A stretch of 63,635 nt of DNA, the filler included, from Octopus bimaculoides (Eukaryota): NCBI RefSeq assembly GCF_001194135.2. It is 6 parts of 5 records of this genome, joined end to end, with 100 filler letters (N's around TTAATTAATTAA, not from the genome) between each part and the next. Parts side by side here need not be neighbours in the genome. Positions count along the whole stretch, not along the records: positions 13,981 to 30,423 come from NC_068995.1; positions 30,524 to 40,789 come from NC_069000.1; positions 40,890 to 48,302 come from NC_068983.1; 3 more parts are not named here. The stretch is one strand, 5' to 3'. Both the position numbers and the translations under genes were made by a program. Below are positions 27,562 through 41,291 of this stretch, one piece after another (position 1 is the first letter of the stretch; each line of letters opens with the position of its first letter). Below the pieces are notes generated by a model. That model was not told where the DNA came from. It made no database searches and saw only the letters and a list, made by a program, of their open reading frames with translations.

Positions 27562-28167
27562 CAGGGAGGGCTATCTTCCAGTTTCCTTCTACCAAATACA
27601 CTTCCAAAACCCTGGTCAGCCTGAAGCTACAGTAGAAGACACTTGCCCAAGGTGCCATGTAGTGGGACTGAACCCGAAAGTATGTAGCTGGAAGCAAACT
27701 CTTAGCACACACCCACGTCTGTACCTATATTCAAATTTTCAACCCAGAAAATTTAAATGGAGAATCACCATATAAATATCTATGTCAAAAACATGGAGCA
27801 TAGGGCCTTCCCGAGCCATAAGCTCTTAAGGCCGGTTTCCCGGATTCTGTGGTGTATACATGTCCCCACCATGGGATGGGATGCCGGTCTGTCGCAGGAT
27901 CACTAATTTCTGTCAGCTGTATGTATGTATGTATGTATGTATGTATGTATGTATGTATGTATGTATGTGTGTATGCATGCATGCATGCATATATGTATAT
28001 ATGTATGCCTCTATGTTATTTTCATGTATGTATAGGTATGACGATTAGAAGAAAAGTTGGCGACTACACGGAAGTTCCAGAATCCAAAGAAATAAAGTGT
28101 GATGTATTTTTGTACAACGATGTATCTATATGTACACGCTTGAGTAGAGCCTCTCTCTCTCTCTCTC

Positions 28168-28243
<76 letters not shown>

Positions 28244-28556
28244 TGTATGTATGTATAATACATATACACACATACATGCATAAAACATACTGTGTGTTTG
28301 TATGTACGAATATATAATTATGTATGTGTATGTATGTATATACGTATACACATACAGTAGAACCTCGGTTTTCGAACACATCATAAAGTTCAGTTTCACT
28401 GTCTTCCACTTGTGGGTGAATTTAGTAAACATAACTGTGTGGAAGCCTAAATATACATACGTACATGCATACATACATACACACATACGTACATACATAC
28501 ATACATACATACATACATACTTACATACATACATACATGTATATATATATATATAT

Positions 28557-28614
28557 ATGTTACATGGTCAGTGACCGTTAGAAGGTTTTCTAACGGTCAC
28601 TGACCATGTAACAT
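28557..28614. repeat. Perfect 27-bp hairpin with 4-nt loop
   Basis: atgttacatggtcagtgaccgttagaa GGTT ttctaacggtcactgaccatgtaacat. Confidence 0.95.
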
Positions 28615-28809
28615 CACGGCTCGTAAGTTACCCCATGATTTCGTTTTTGTCTTGCTATTACATGTTTTATTATGATCTCCCTGAAGAGAAATGAATGAGG
28701 ACCCCAACAACTCTTTCTTCTTTGTGAAAGAACGATCATTTACTTCGAAACATATAGGTAGGAATTAAAGGAATTTTCATCGACATGAGTTTTGCTCCAT
28801 TTGTTATTA

Positions 28810-29003
28810 TCCATTCGAAACGTCAGGTTAGAATAGAGACAGCTGATGAAGGAATATTCCAAGTGGCTTTCCGTTTTCCTATGTGTTCGTTCCGTTGTCT
28901 GTAGTTCATTGTTCTAACGTCCTGTACCCTGATATGCATATATATACACATGTAGATGTAAGTATGTACATATATGTGTGTATACATGTATATATATTCT
29001 TTG

Positions 29004-29040
<37 letters not shown>
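28810..29040 (+). repeat. Dispersed ~220-bp non-coding repeat with split hammerhead-like motifs, ending in (TA)n
   Basis: Homologous to 41030-41245 (plus) and 18775-18862 (minus, cut by a gap). Carries CGAAACGTC about 18 nt before CTGATGAAG. Confidence 0.8.
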
Positions 29041-29043
<3 letters not shown>

Positions 29044-29052
29044 ACTGACTGT

Positions 29053-30024
29053 GGATCTTAGTAGTTTTCGTCACTGTTTACAATTTTATTCCAATTGTTT
29101 TCAAATTTGGTATATGGATTAAGCTTTGTATAATAACCAGGAAAATGAAATTCATTTTTGGTATAAATCCATAACTAAAAAGTTATTACCCTTTAAAATT
29201 TGCAAAATTTGAGTATTTTAGCCAATTTGGGTATTTTACACATTACCGTGGCGAAAACCTTTGTTTCAATAGTAACCAAAGATGCTGCGCATGCATGAAA
29301 GATAATCTTCTACTCTAATAATACTCATGTGTTTTTCTCCGTCACAACATATGAATGAGAAAGGAAGGGGTGATAGATGAATAAGGGAATGGGTGATGGC
29401 AAACTGGTAATTTCAACTTTGTGTGAGTATATGTGTGTGAATGTGAATGTTTGTGTGTGTGTAACAAACGATGATCGATGTCACATCTCAAAAGACAAAC
29501 ACTAGATAACATTGACAAGTGTTTTAATTTGATTTACCATCCATATAAATACTACAATTAGCAGTCAATTAGCCAGCTATTTTTATTTTATAAAATCCTG
29601 GAGTGTATTGCAAACATTCGTTCTTGAATTTTTAAAACTAATAAATGTCTGTTTTAAACAATGTTATGACTGTTATTCCTAGCAACACCTGTTGGTTTGT
29701 TTGTTCGTAGCTTTTAAACATTTAATTTGCTTGCGAATGTCTTAATGTTAACTTAAGTCGTGTATATGTTAATGTTTTGACTGTTATTTCTAGCAATGAT
29801 TTGACATGCCGATGATGGAAGAAGCGGTGAATGCGCTGTTTTCTGATTGGCTGAAAATTCTGAAAATTATCAAACTTTGAACACTTGTAACATTTTTGCA
29901 ACATTTTTCTGAAAAAAAAAACGAATAGCATATTCGGATTCAGCATCAAAAATTACATCTAAATGATACATTAAAACAATTTTTTAAAGGTAATTGTAAA
30001 CAGTGACGAAAACCACAGAGATCC
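29053..30024. mobile_element. Non-autonomous DNA transposon of about 970 bp
   Basis: Perfect 22-bp inverted repeat gttttcgtcactgtttacaatt (29064-29085 vs 29992-30013), extending imperfectly to GGATCT termini; no ORF. Confidence 0.65.
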
Positions 30025-30575
30025 CTTACTGCTAACAAAAGTCGGGATGCGTGGCGTTCAGTTACTCAATAAATGAACGATGCATTAAATGCTACGAAAT
30101 GTACACGTAGGACAAACACAGAAGAGACGGCCTCCACACAGATTCCGTGTAACAAATTCACTCACGTGACATTTTATGAGTCTTTGTGCTTGTTTTATCC
30201 ACTCAACAATCGGGTTTTACTTCGTTTATGTTCTCGTAATTTAACGCTTTGGTCATAATATTGTACTTTAAAAAAAATAAGTCCTGGAGTCGAGTTATTA
30301 GACTAAAACCCTTCAGATCTACGCCGCGGCATGGTCGCAGTCTATTGATTGAAATAGGCAAAAGAAAAGATAAACGGTTATACGCACACGCATGCACGCA
30401 CACACACACACACACACACACACNNNNNNNNNNNNNNNNNNNNNNNNNNNNNNNNNNNNNNNNNNNNTTAATTAATTAANNNNNNNNNNNNNNNNNNNNN
30501 NNNNNNNNNNNNNNNNNNNNNNNACTGAACACTATTCAATTTTTTTTCTCCGTGTTTTTCTCCTTGTCTCCGTAT

Positions 30576-30612
30576 TCTTTCTGTTGAAGAGCGTAGCTCG
30601 AAACGTCAAAGA
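30576..30612 (+). ncRNA. Minimal type I hammerhead-like motif with CUGUUGA core, in a ~170-bp non-coding repeat
   Basis: tcttt CTGTTGA a GAGC gta GCTC GAAA C GTC aaaga: 5-bp stem I, 4-bp stem II, loopless palindromic stem III (ACGT), GUC triplet. Confidence 0.65.
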
Positions 30613-33600
30613 CTTTCCGTATTCCCGAGCGTCATACTAATATATACTTTTGTTATTTACACCACCTGTCCTCGTCTGTTGTTATTTTTTGTATATTCTC
30701 CCATATATATATATATATATATATATATACGTGTGTGTGTGTATATATGCGTGTGTGTGTGTGTATATATATGTGTGTGTTTTATTTATTTCATATCTAT
30801 GAAGTTAATTTCTCATCAGACCGTTTCAAAAGTTATCTTGTGCTTCCAAAACTCATTTCTTCCGATGGTCATCTTTTAACGACTGTAGATTCCGATTCTG
30901 TAAAATCGTAATCGGCGGTGATGGTCATGGGTTTCTCTTGAAACTTTTTCAGTTCGGATCTTAAATTTCTTCCGACCATTTGATTTCAAATTTTCATATT
31001 TTTGACACTGATGTAGTTTTGAAAGCTGATAACAAAAGTCACATTTTTTTTCATTCTAGAAATTAAGGAAGTGTGTGAGAGAGAGAGAGAGAGCGCGAGA
31101 GAGAGAAAGTGAGTGTATTTGTTAATTCTGACAGCGGCAAACAAGGTTTCACTCTGATGTGTTTGATGTACCATCCCAGACTCTTCTTGTCGTTGACAAC
31201 ACAGATCTTCCTCGTCTCGTTTCTAGGCACATGTAGTCTTTCAGTATCGCTTTTGAGATAGGCGAGCTGGCAGAATCGTTAGCACGCCGGGCGAAATGCT
31301 TAGCGGTATTTCGTCTATGGCTACGTTGTAAGTTCAAATTCCGCCGACTGTTATTTTCACTGCATTGAAAGTGCTTTACGTAGGATGCTCATGTTACCTA
31401 GTGGTGCTATTTTCTGTGTTATATGCATTTGCAAGTCCTGGTGTTTTGGTTATGTATTTGACTGAATGTTGTTATCTCAATGACAATATATTTATATAAA
31501 TTTCTAAAGCAAATATTTGTCCAGCTGCAATGTCTTTCCCCCCTTAACTCTTCTAAACACTTCAGTCACGAAGGAGTGGAACTAGATATCATCTTAGGTT
31601 TAACACCAATCAAACCTGTGATCTGACATTCCAGCCTTGCCCTGTCTTATCCACCACTTTTTTTTAATAGGGAGGATGGTATGGCTGATATTTCTAGTAG
31701 GTTCAATGTTCATCCAGAGGTAACACTTTTGGCTCGGAGCAGCCATGTCAAAGCAACAACTTTTTTCTTTTTTTAAAAGAGTCAAATATTTCTGTCCATT
31801 CGTATCTCGCCCTCATTCTCATCACTGCACACAGAAGCAAAAGTTACACAAATCCTACTACAAACGACTCTCTAAAAGTCATCAACTGCTCGATGGTCCA
31901 CAACCAATGCAAACATTTGAAAACATTCGAGGCCTGAGAACCCTTCAATGGTCTACTTGTGGGTCGTGGTGCACTTGTTGCGGACCCATGGCCTAGACTT
32001 CTTTTTGTAATGGACCCATTTGCATGTTTCACTTATAAAAATATCTCCCTACCCACCATTTCCATCATTAATAAAGCTTATAAGCGAACTTTGTGAGATC
32101 TTCTGAACGGCTCACTTCTGCGATAAAGAAAAAGAAAAAGCAGCCCCTATTTTAATTCCGGTAACTTTGAAATTAAAATAATCTAAAATGCTAAAGTGTT
32201 TCTCATCACATGATGGTTGTATACTCATGGAGACATACAATAATTATGTTCAGCACTGGTTTTGATGGTGAGCAAGTCCAATTGGTCAGTAGCCCCTCTT
32301 TAAATTTTCCGTTCGAGGTGAAGTTGAACTCTCATCCTTCACCCCTGTCGCCTCAGGGCTGGGAGACATTGGTCTATTACTGGCTGATTTAAAAAAAAAA
32401 AATTCCTTTTCTTTATATATANNNNNNNNNNNNNNNNNNNNNNNNNNNNNNNNNNNNNNNNNNNNNNNNNNNNNNNNNNNNNNNNNNNNNNNNNNNNNNN
32501 NNNNNNNNNNNNNNNNNNNNNNNNNNNNNNNNNNNNNNNNNNNNNNNNNNNNNNNNNNNNNNNNNNNNNNNNNNNNNNNNNNNNNNNNNNNNNNNNNNNN
32601 NNNNNNNNNNNNNNNNNNNNNNNNNNNNNNNNNNNNNNNNNNNNNNNNNNNNNNNNNNNNNNNNNNNNNNNNNNNNNNNNNNNNNNNNNNNNNNNNNNNN
32701 NNNNNNNNNNNNNNNNNNNNNNNNNNNNNNNNNNNNNNNNNNNNNNNNNNNNNNNNNNNNNNNNNNNNNNNNNNNNNNNNNNNNNNNNNNNNNNNNNNNN
32801 NNNNNNNNNNNNNNNNNNNNNNNNNNNNNNNNNNNNNNNNNNNNNNNNNNNNNNNNNNNNNNNNNNNNNNNNNNNNNNNNNNNNNNNNNNNNNNNNNNNN
32901 NNNNNNNNNNNNNNNNNNNNNNNNNNNNNNNNNNNNNNNNNNNNNNNNNNNNNNNNNNNNNNNNNNNNNNNNNNNNNNNNNNNNNNNNNNNNNNNNNNNN
33001 NNNNNNNNNNNNNNNNNNNNNNNNNNNNNNNNNNNNNNNNNNNNNNNNNNNNNNNNNNNNNNNNNNNNNNNNNNNNNNNNNNNNNNNNNNNNNNNNNNNN
33101 NNNNNNNNNNNNNNNNNNNNNNNNNNNNNNNNNNNNNNNNNNNNNNNNNNNNNNNNNNNNNNNNNNNNNNNNNNNNNNNNNNNNNNNNNNNNNNNNNNNN
33201 NNNNNNNNNNNNNNNNNNNNNNNNNNNNNNNNNNNNNNATCGACTAGTCTCCCTCCTCAAAGTAACTGGTTTTTGTACCTAGAAATCATTTTTGTTTCCG
33301 TTGTCAGCGGCCATGCTGTGGCACTACTTGCAAGACTTTTTCAGTCGGACAAATCGACTCTGGGGTGGTGTGATTTTGAAGAAATTAAGATCGAATCTAA
33401 CAGGAAATTAAATTTCGAGTCTTAAAGAGTTGAAACGCGATCTCCTGAGCAGACAGGGTGCCTGCAAGTTTTCGGCCTTTCTAAACCTCATCAGCAAAAG
33501 TCTTTTTGGAAATCTATTTCCATCACTTGGTTGATTTTTGAGTGTGGCCATGCTGGGGCACCGCCTTGTTTTTAGTCGAATGAGTCGACCCCAGTTCGTC

Positions 33601-36086
33601 CTTGTTTGTTCATCTGATTTCAATCTGTCCCAGCTGAGTTTTTCTCAGAGCAACAACAACAATAACAATAACTGCACCCAGACTGTGTGTGTGTATAGAG
33701 TGAGTAAATCTGATCAACATTTCTCTCATCCGTCGTCGGCCAATTGCTGTGAGGTCTACACTGGTTTGATGTTTTCAAGAAGACCAAAACCTGTTTGAAG
33801 TTGTCTCACGGACATAATTAACACATTACTCATTAATCTCTTCTTCACCGCGTAAATAGGCCAGAAAGTTGTGTTTCACAAGTTCGTTTCACATCTATGC
33901 AGTTACGAGTTGCACTCAACTCATTATTTTTTGTTTTGTTTTTACTTGAGTGTAAAGGACGGGGCAGGGCCCATAGCCTTTACCTCACGCACCCTCTCAT
34001 CTACACCATTGAGATCGATGCCGTTAATGTTTCTATTGACCCTTTATAAGACAGCACTCATGGGTAAAGACAGGAGCAGGGATGGGACTCCAGAGGGATG
34101 ATCTGTTTAGAAAGGAAGAACCGGGATGGGGGGGGGAGTGATTAGTGTTGTGCTTAGAATGGGATGCTGGACATTACCCTCAGTGTTGAGTAGAGGCGGC
34201 ATCAACCCAGCTTTGGGAAGCAGAAGCCGCTGAAGTCGCGGTAGAATAAACCGAGAGGAGACAGCTTGTCTAGGTTCTCTGATATTACCTCAGTCAAGCA
34301 GGTGACCCCTTTTCTAGATTCTGGGAGCAGCAGCCTCAGCACTCTCAGATGGACTACAACTAAGCAAGTGCATCAGGTCGCCGCCCAACTCCTTGTCCAT
34401 TAAATTTTGTTAAAAGGAAACTTTAGAAGTTCATTGGGGTAGACTTCATCTATCTCTGTTTGACACTTGTATTTGGTCCTTGGAGGTCAAGTTTTTACTT
34501 TAGTCGCAAACGTTATTTCTTCCTGTTCACTACGGGATCTGCATCATTCCTCTAAAATGGTTTCAGCTCTTTAATCGAATGCGTCCTGTCTGTCACTAAA
34601 ACTATTTCCAGTCTCGGCTCTTATTTTCAAGGTTGTATTTTGGCCAATAGGTTCCGATGTCGTTTTGTGTGTTTGAATTGAGTTTGACTCATATTTCTAG
34701 TCACTTGCACGATAACGGGAAGACTTCCTGTTGATAAAGATAAAATTACTCAACACATCTGTCAACTATTAGTCATCAGTCATTAGGCTGTTTTCGTCAC
34801 TACGTAATTATTTCTAACCAGCATTTTAATAATGTTCCACTGCATTAACAAACTGACCCTAACCAAACGTTTATTCGTTTCTTACCATTCTACGAAGCCT
34901 CCTGCAAAAGTCCGCCTTTGAACATTTCCAGTAACATCAGTGCTTTTATGAGAAAAAGGTTACTTGTCCCTCGCTCGTTCCCGCCTCTTATTTTTACCTT
35001 TAGAAATAAATATTGTGAGTGGTCCCTCGCGATCCTTATCAGGATTCTTAAATGATTGAGGCGAGGGGAAGGAAGGGTGGGGATTATTTTCTTGGATTTC
35101 AGCAGGATTTGAATTCGAAACGTAAAAAACCCAATCAAATACCACAACGCCTTCTATTCGATGCTCTAACGATTCTGCTAAGTCGCCGCCTCATTCCATC
35201 TTCGACCCCCGCCTCTCATTGTACATCGATGGTTCTTTACAAAAGGAACTTTACTCAATGTAACCTTGTTATATATACATCGACTATTATTGCATTCTCT
35301 CCTTTGCATGTCAAAACGAACGAAATAGGAATTCTTTCAAAGTAATTGAACTGTTGAAGTTCAGTAAGGATTATCAGTCGAGTGTGTGTGTGTGCGTACG
35401 TGTTCGCGAGCGCGTACTCAACGAATCTCTGTACAGTTTCCCTTCTGCTAAATGCACGCAGAAAGCAGGAGCCAAGCCACAGTTGTGGCAGAAAGTTGCC
35501 CACCGTGTCCCACAGAGGGATTCAACCTGGAAAATGACGTGGCTGCAAATCGAACTCCATTGCCACACTATCATTGAGTCTTTTCCTTCTCGTAAAAACA
35601 TTTCCATTTGAATTACTCTTTTTAAATGCTGGCTTCAGTGACGATCTTTCGTTCTATGTACATATAATAAGGGACAGTGAAGTGAAAAGGAAACTGACCA
35701 ATCATTACACAGTAAACCAGTGCTGATTTCGTAGATTGCAACGGTACAGCAGAACGTTAGATAGGAACGCAATAGAAAGATGGAATTTTATCCAAAATAT
35801 AGCAGAATGGCTTGGAATTTCATTCCGGCAAGAGTTTTTAACCTGGCATCATTTTTCCAAACAAAATTCTAAGAGAGGAGGTGAATGGGCGCTGGTGATT
35901 TGGCATTGCGGCTGACTGGACATTCATCTTGGTTTTGAAGATGGTACATTTTGGCACTGGAGGGAAACGCGCTCACACGCCCCCCCCCCGCCACAGAGGG
36001 ATGTGAAGACTTTACAATTTATTAATTGAACGCACTTGATAGAAACACTTTCCTTTCTCCTCATACATGAATATGCTCATAGACCT

Positions 36087-36117
<31 letters not shown>

Positions 36118-37003
36118 TTAAAACGTCTAATGTCAAATAAGTCAGCTTCGAATCAGCTGTGCCAAAAACGTGTCGCCAAAACCTCTTTTTAGGTTACTAC
36201 ATAGTTTGGCTTTGTCTCATTTTGTTGTGCACCATTATATGTGCATAAATCAAAAGATTGCCCCTATATTACATAGGTTTCACGCTAACTATATTCCACT
36301 TTCTGAACTTGTATCAACCGCGGCCCATCTCCAGCTCGGATTATATTTCACTTTCATATACAATACTTTACAGTTTGGTGGGGGGTGGGGATGGCAGCGG
36401 AGGTGATGTCTGAGTGCCACCCCTCCTCCACCCCTTCCTCCTGTAAGCCAATACATATCTGTCTCTCGTTCTCCTCAGTCCTCTCGTCGACCTACATTTA
36501 TCAGCTCTGATGTTTGTTGGTGACAGCGGTTAACTGTAAGTAATGTTAATGACCGGGTGGCGGTGGTGACGGCAGTTTGGTGAGTTTTCTAAATTTATGG
36601 AATGTGTTTAGGATAGTTTCTGGAATGTGATGTTAATAGAACATTTTCACGTTTCTTTTTCTTTCTTTCCATTTGTTTTACCCCTTCCATCATTCCGCTG
36701 ATACCCCTTGCATGTTTTGTCCTCAACACACCTTTAACCCCACAACTTCTCGCCTCCCCTCCCCATTCACCTACTAGATATAGCAATCAAACCTCCCTCA
36801 TATTGCACCCTCTTATCTACAGGGTAAGTGCCTTCCACGCTGTCAGCTCCGATCAAGTAGATTTGCGATCGACAGATTTCTCGCCAACATCCTCCTGCAG
36901 TATGTCCGCTTAGAAACGGCTGTTTCTTGAGGTCGAGGTGCCCAGCAGACGGTTTCTCGTAATTATTTGAAATATGTTTAGATACTGTTGCCGTTTTGTG
37001 TTG

Positions 37004-37041
<38 letters not shown>

Positions 37042-38174
37042 GATGGCGAGCTGGCAGGAAGGCTTAGCGGTATTTCGTCTGCCGCTACGTTTTGAGTTCG
37101 AATTCCGCCGAGATCGACTTTGCCTTTCATCCTTTCTGGGTCGAAAGATGTGATAACCTGAAATACATGCCTTCAACAGTCTACTTAGTGGGCAACTGTG
37201 CACTGACTCTGTGTATTTCTACCGATTTGTCCACCAAGTTTTCTCCATCACAAAATACAGTGAACGGCTCATTTTCCGGTTTCAATATACTTCAAGCATA
37301 TTTGAACTGGCAACAAGTTTGTGTTGGTAATTTTATCGACAGCCTTACAACCACTAACGTTTATTCTTCGTTGCTTTGCTGTCTCCCATCCCATGTTTTT
37401 GTTTCTTTCTCGATGTCTTCCTCTAAATTGTATTCTCGTCTTATCAGCCTAAATTATGAGAATTAAGTTAGGAGCAAATTCCTGTAAAATGTGTTAGAAT
37501 GTGAAAACTATTTACTATTCATTGTTTATCCCCCCCCNNNNNNNNNNNNNNNNNNNNNNNNNNNNNNNNNNNNNNNNNNNNNNNNNNNNNNNNNNNNNNN
37601 NNNNNNNNNNNNNNNNNNNNNNNNNNNNNNNNNNNNNNNNNNNNNNNNNNNNNNNNNNNNNNNNNNNNNNNNNNNNNNNNNNNNNNNNNNNNNNNNNNNN
37701 NNNNNNNNNNNNNNNNNNNNNNNNNNNNNNNNNNNNNNNNNNNNNNNNNNNNNNNNNNNNNNNNNNNNNNNNNNNNNNNNNNNNNNNNNNNNNNNNNNNN
37801 NNNNNNNNNNNNNNNNNNNNNNNNNNNNNNNNNNNNNNNNNNNNNNNNNNNNNNNNNNNNNNNNNNNNNNNNNNNNNNNNNNNNNNNNNNNNNNNNNNNN
37901 NNNNNNNNNNNNNNNNNNNNNNNNNNNNNNNNNNNNNNNNNNNNNNNNNNNNNNNNNNNNNNNNNNNNNNNNNNNNNNNNNNNNNNNNNNNNNNNNNNNN
38001 NNNNNNNNNNNNNNNNNNNNNNNNNNNNNNNNNNNNTCTCGCCAGTTTTAAATGCCAGGGATTGAAGTAATTCTCCAAATGGGGGAAAGTTCACTAAATT
38101 TGTTTATCGCCATGAATTGTTTTAGAATATAACTATTCTGGTGAAGAATGATGAATGTGGTTTTTGCCCCAGAT

Positions 38175-38258
38175 TAACCCTAACCCTAACCCTTACCCTA
38201 ACCCTAACCCTTACCCTAACCCTTACCCTAACCCTAACCCTTACCCTAACCCTTACCC
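38175..38258. repeat. Interstitial telomere-like array (TAACCC/TTACCC) x14
   Basis: Read directly; 38199-38228 and 38229-38258 are identical 30-mers. Confidence 0.95.
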
Positions 38259-38811
38259 GATGGTCAAAGACATTCCCCTTTGGGACAACCTACGCAGTGT
38301 TTATTGTTTATGTTTTTGATAGACATTTAGTTCTCTGTTGTAGACGGAGGGTAGTGAAAGGGTGAAGAAGCTTGCTTTGCAATCGCATCTTTGGCAATGA
38401 CCTCAACTCAAGCTTCCAGTCATGTTGGTCGACAGAAACTGTATAGAAGCCTATCGGATAGAATCTTCCTATTAATTCAAAGCTTTCTCTCACTCTTCTG
38501 GCTCTGCCCGAGGATTATACATGGATCTGGAATACTCAACCACTTACTGCTTCAATGGGGAACCAGAGACAGTTCGGGTGAAGTTGGCAGAACCGAGTTC
38601 GATTTCTTTGTTAGTCCTATATTATCCAATGTGCTTTTGTTCTTTTAAAACCGCAGCGTGTGAAGGACATTTGGCTGCTGATTCTAGCAGGTGGAACGAT
38701 TATGTAGGTGATCCACCGTGGGATTGAAACTGCTATCGCTTGAGGAATCCCTCTAACAAAGGCGATGTTCGTTTAGTCTCGGATGGAGAGAAAAAGTCTG
38801 AAATTTTACTT

Positions 38812-39137
38812 CAGGGGTTTCTTCAACCAGGATACAATGTAATCTTATGGGTACACGAAGAGTTAGCGGGGCGGGGGGAGAGTTTTGTAAAAATCTCACC
38901 CCCATTAGATTATTGAATCAATCACAAACCACTATTTTTCAATGGTGCACTGTCAAATTTAACATTTCTAGAAAAAGTGTTGACTTCGATATTTAATAAC
39001 CTTGATGACATTAACGATTTAATTATTTTTTTTACGGTATTCAATCATTTTACGACATATTTTTCACAAGGGGTGCCCCTCAATACAGTCGGGTACGACG
39101 AACGGGTACGTTGGGTGAAAACGTTTAAGAAACCCTG
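38812..39137. mobile_element. Probable hAT-type MITE
   Basis: Ends CAGGGGTTTCTTCAAC and (reverse complement) CAGGGTTTCTTAAAC resemble hAT TIRs; an 8-bp TSD is not preserved. Confidence 0.45.
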
Positions 39138-41224
39138 CTGTAGATTCTTCGCTCTTCCACGACAATTTGACATTCTCAAACCTTGTCGATGGATTATTGA
39201 TAGACGATGATGTGGTGGTGCGCATGCACATAAAAGGATTGATTAGATTTAAGATGCAAAGGGTTGGTATGGAGTTAATCATCATCATCCTTTAACGTCC
39301 GTTTTCTGTGCTGGCATGGGTTAGACGGTTCGAAGCTGTGCCAGCCCCTCAACAGTGCCAGCAAACCAAGTTGGATGTTTTAGCGACTTGGTCTCATTAT
39401 TCTGTAAATTACATAATTCCAGTCTTTCTTGGATTTTATGTTAAGGTGACTTTCTCTTCCCAGGCTTATATTATTTGATCCCTGTTTTATGTTATCCTCC
39501 TCAACTCTCTCTCTCTCACTCCTTCTCTCTCTCTTTCTCTCTCCTTGTCCTGTGACATTAACCATTTTTTTTTCCTGTTTAAATAATCGTCTCATATCCT
39601 GAAACGTTTTCTCATATTTCATCAAATTGTTTTTTTTTCCTAATATTTATGGAATGTCGATAGTTGAAACAATAATGACATAGATTAACGGAGAAATGTA
39701 ATCATCGTTTATCAGTTAATGAGTCAAGGCCATTTTTCTTTTTTCTTTTTTGGTTTTAATCACAATATTCGTCGTCTGTTTCACTGGCAGTGTTGGCTTT
39801 TATCTCTTGATCGGGTGAACGTCTGCCATGTGTGAATTATTTAGTTTCTCAGTTGTTAAACATTTTCATATTTTACTTATTCCTCGAATATGTAATTATT
39901 TTATTTCCCCCTCTTTCGTGAATAGCTTGGTGGATGATGGCCTCTCCTCGCGGCACTGCCAGACAAAACTACCCGGCATACAGGAGGTGGAAGCGGGGGG
40001 CCGGGGTCATTACGTATGAATATCAATTTCTGTGCAACAAATTGAAATCCGATAAAGGAGCAGTTTTAAAATCGAAGGGAATGAAATAATTACATCTATC
40101 AATTTACGATAATATCAATTTAGTCTTTTATAGTTTATTTTAACATTCTGGCTGGGCGACCGAATCGGTTGTTTCTCTGTTTGGTTAAATAAGTACGAAT
40201 ATTTCACCGCCCAACTTAAAATCTTCTTTTGTTTCTGCCACCCTCTTCGTTCTCTTTGAAATCTCATACAAAGCCCTTTAAATGTTTTTCGCTTCATTTC
40301 CATACGCACCTTTATATATCCCTATTTCAACCATTCATCTTCAAAAATTCTTACTAACCCTCAATCACTGGTGGCCTTAGCAGCGTCCCTTCTCTTCCTG
40401 CTTAGAATGTAATTCTTTTGATTTCGTTTCGTCGCTATTATCTTAAAACATCGTTCGTATGTCCAAATTTAGCCAAATGCGTATTTTTCAATATTCATTT
40501 TAGTTTGCAATAGCCGGTTCTTTTGGTCAAACTATCGTATCTCCAGCTGCTTCAGATTCCAAGATATCAAAAATTGTTCAAGTGTAGTACAACGGTTTTG
40601 TTATGGAATGGTGAAACTATTTTTTCGTTTTCTGAAAAAGCGACGTTTTGGAGTTACTACACTTTGGCAAAATAGCAATGGTTTATTTTCTCGTTGTACA
40701 CACCGAACCAAGGCTGGGTACTTTGGTTCGGTGTGTACAGCCTCTGTTCGTCGACACCAGTTCAATATCCTATTTTAGTAGTGTGCTAANNNNNNNNNNN
40801 NNNNNNNNNNNNNNNNNNNNNNNNNNNNNNNNNTTAATTAATTAANNNNNNNNNNNNNNNNNNNNNNNNNNNNNNNNNNNNNNNNNNNNAGATTCGCGTT
40901 TGGCCGTACGGATTTTTAATGTTGTTTTCACTGTCCATTTTTTCCTGTCTTGGTTTGTGTTTGCCACCTTAGAATCCTCTGTTTAGTGGCTCGACCCACT
41001 ACTCAGGAAGAGACTATTCTAGAGTACGTTCTGCCTTATCTTCGAAACGTCTAGATAGAATTGAGGCAGCTGATGAAGCGATAATTCCAAGTGGCTATCT
41101 GTTTTCCAATGTGTTCGTTCCGTTGTCTGTAGTTCATTTTTCTAACGTCCAGTACCCTGATATGCATCTATATACACAAGTATGTACATATATGTGGGTA
41201 TACATGCATACATATTCTTTGTAT

Positions 41225-41291
<67 letters not shown>

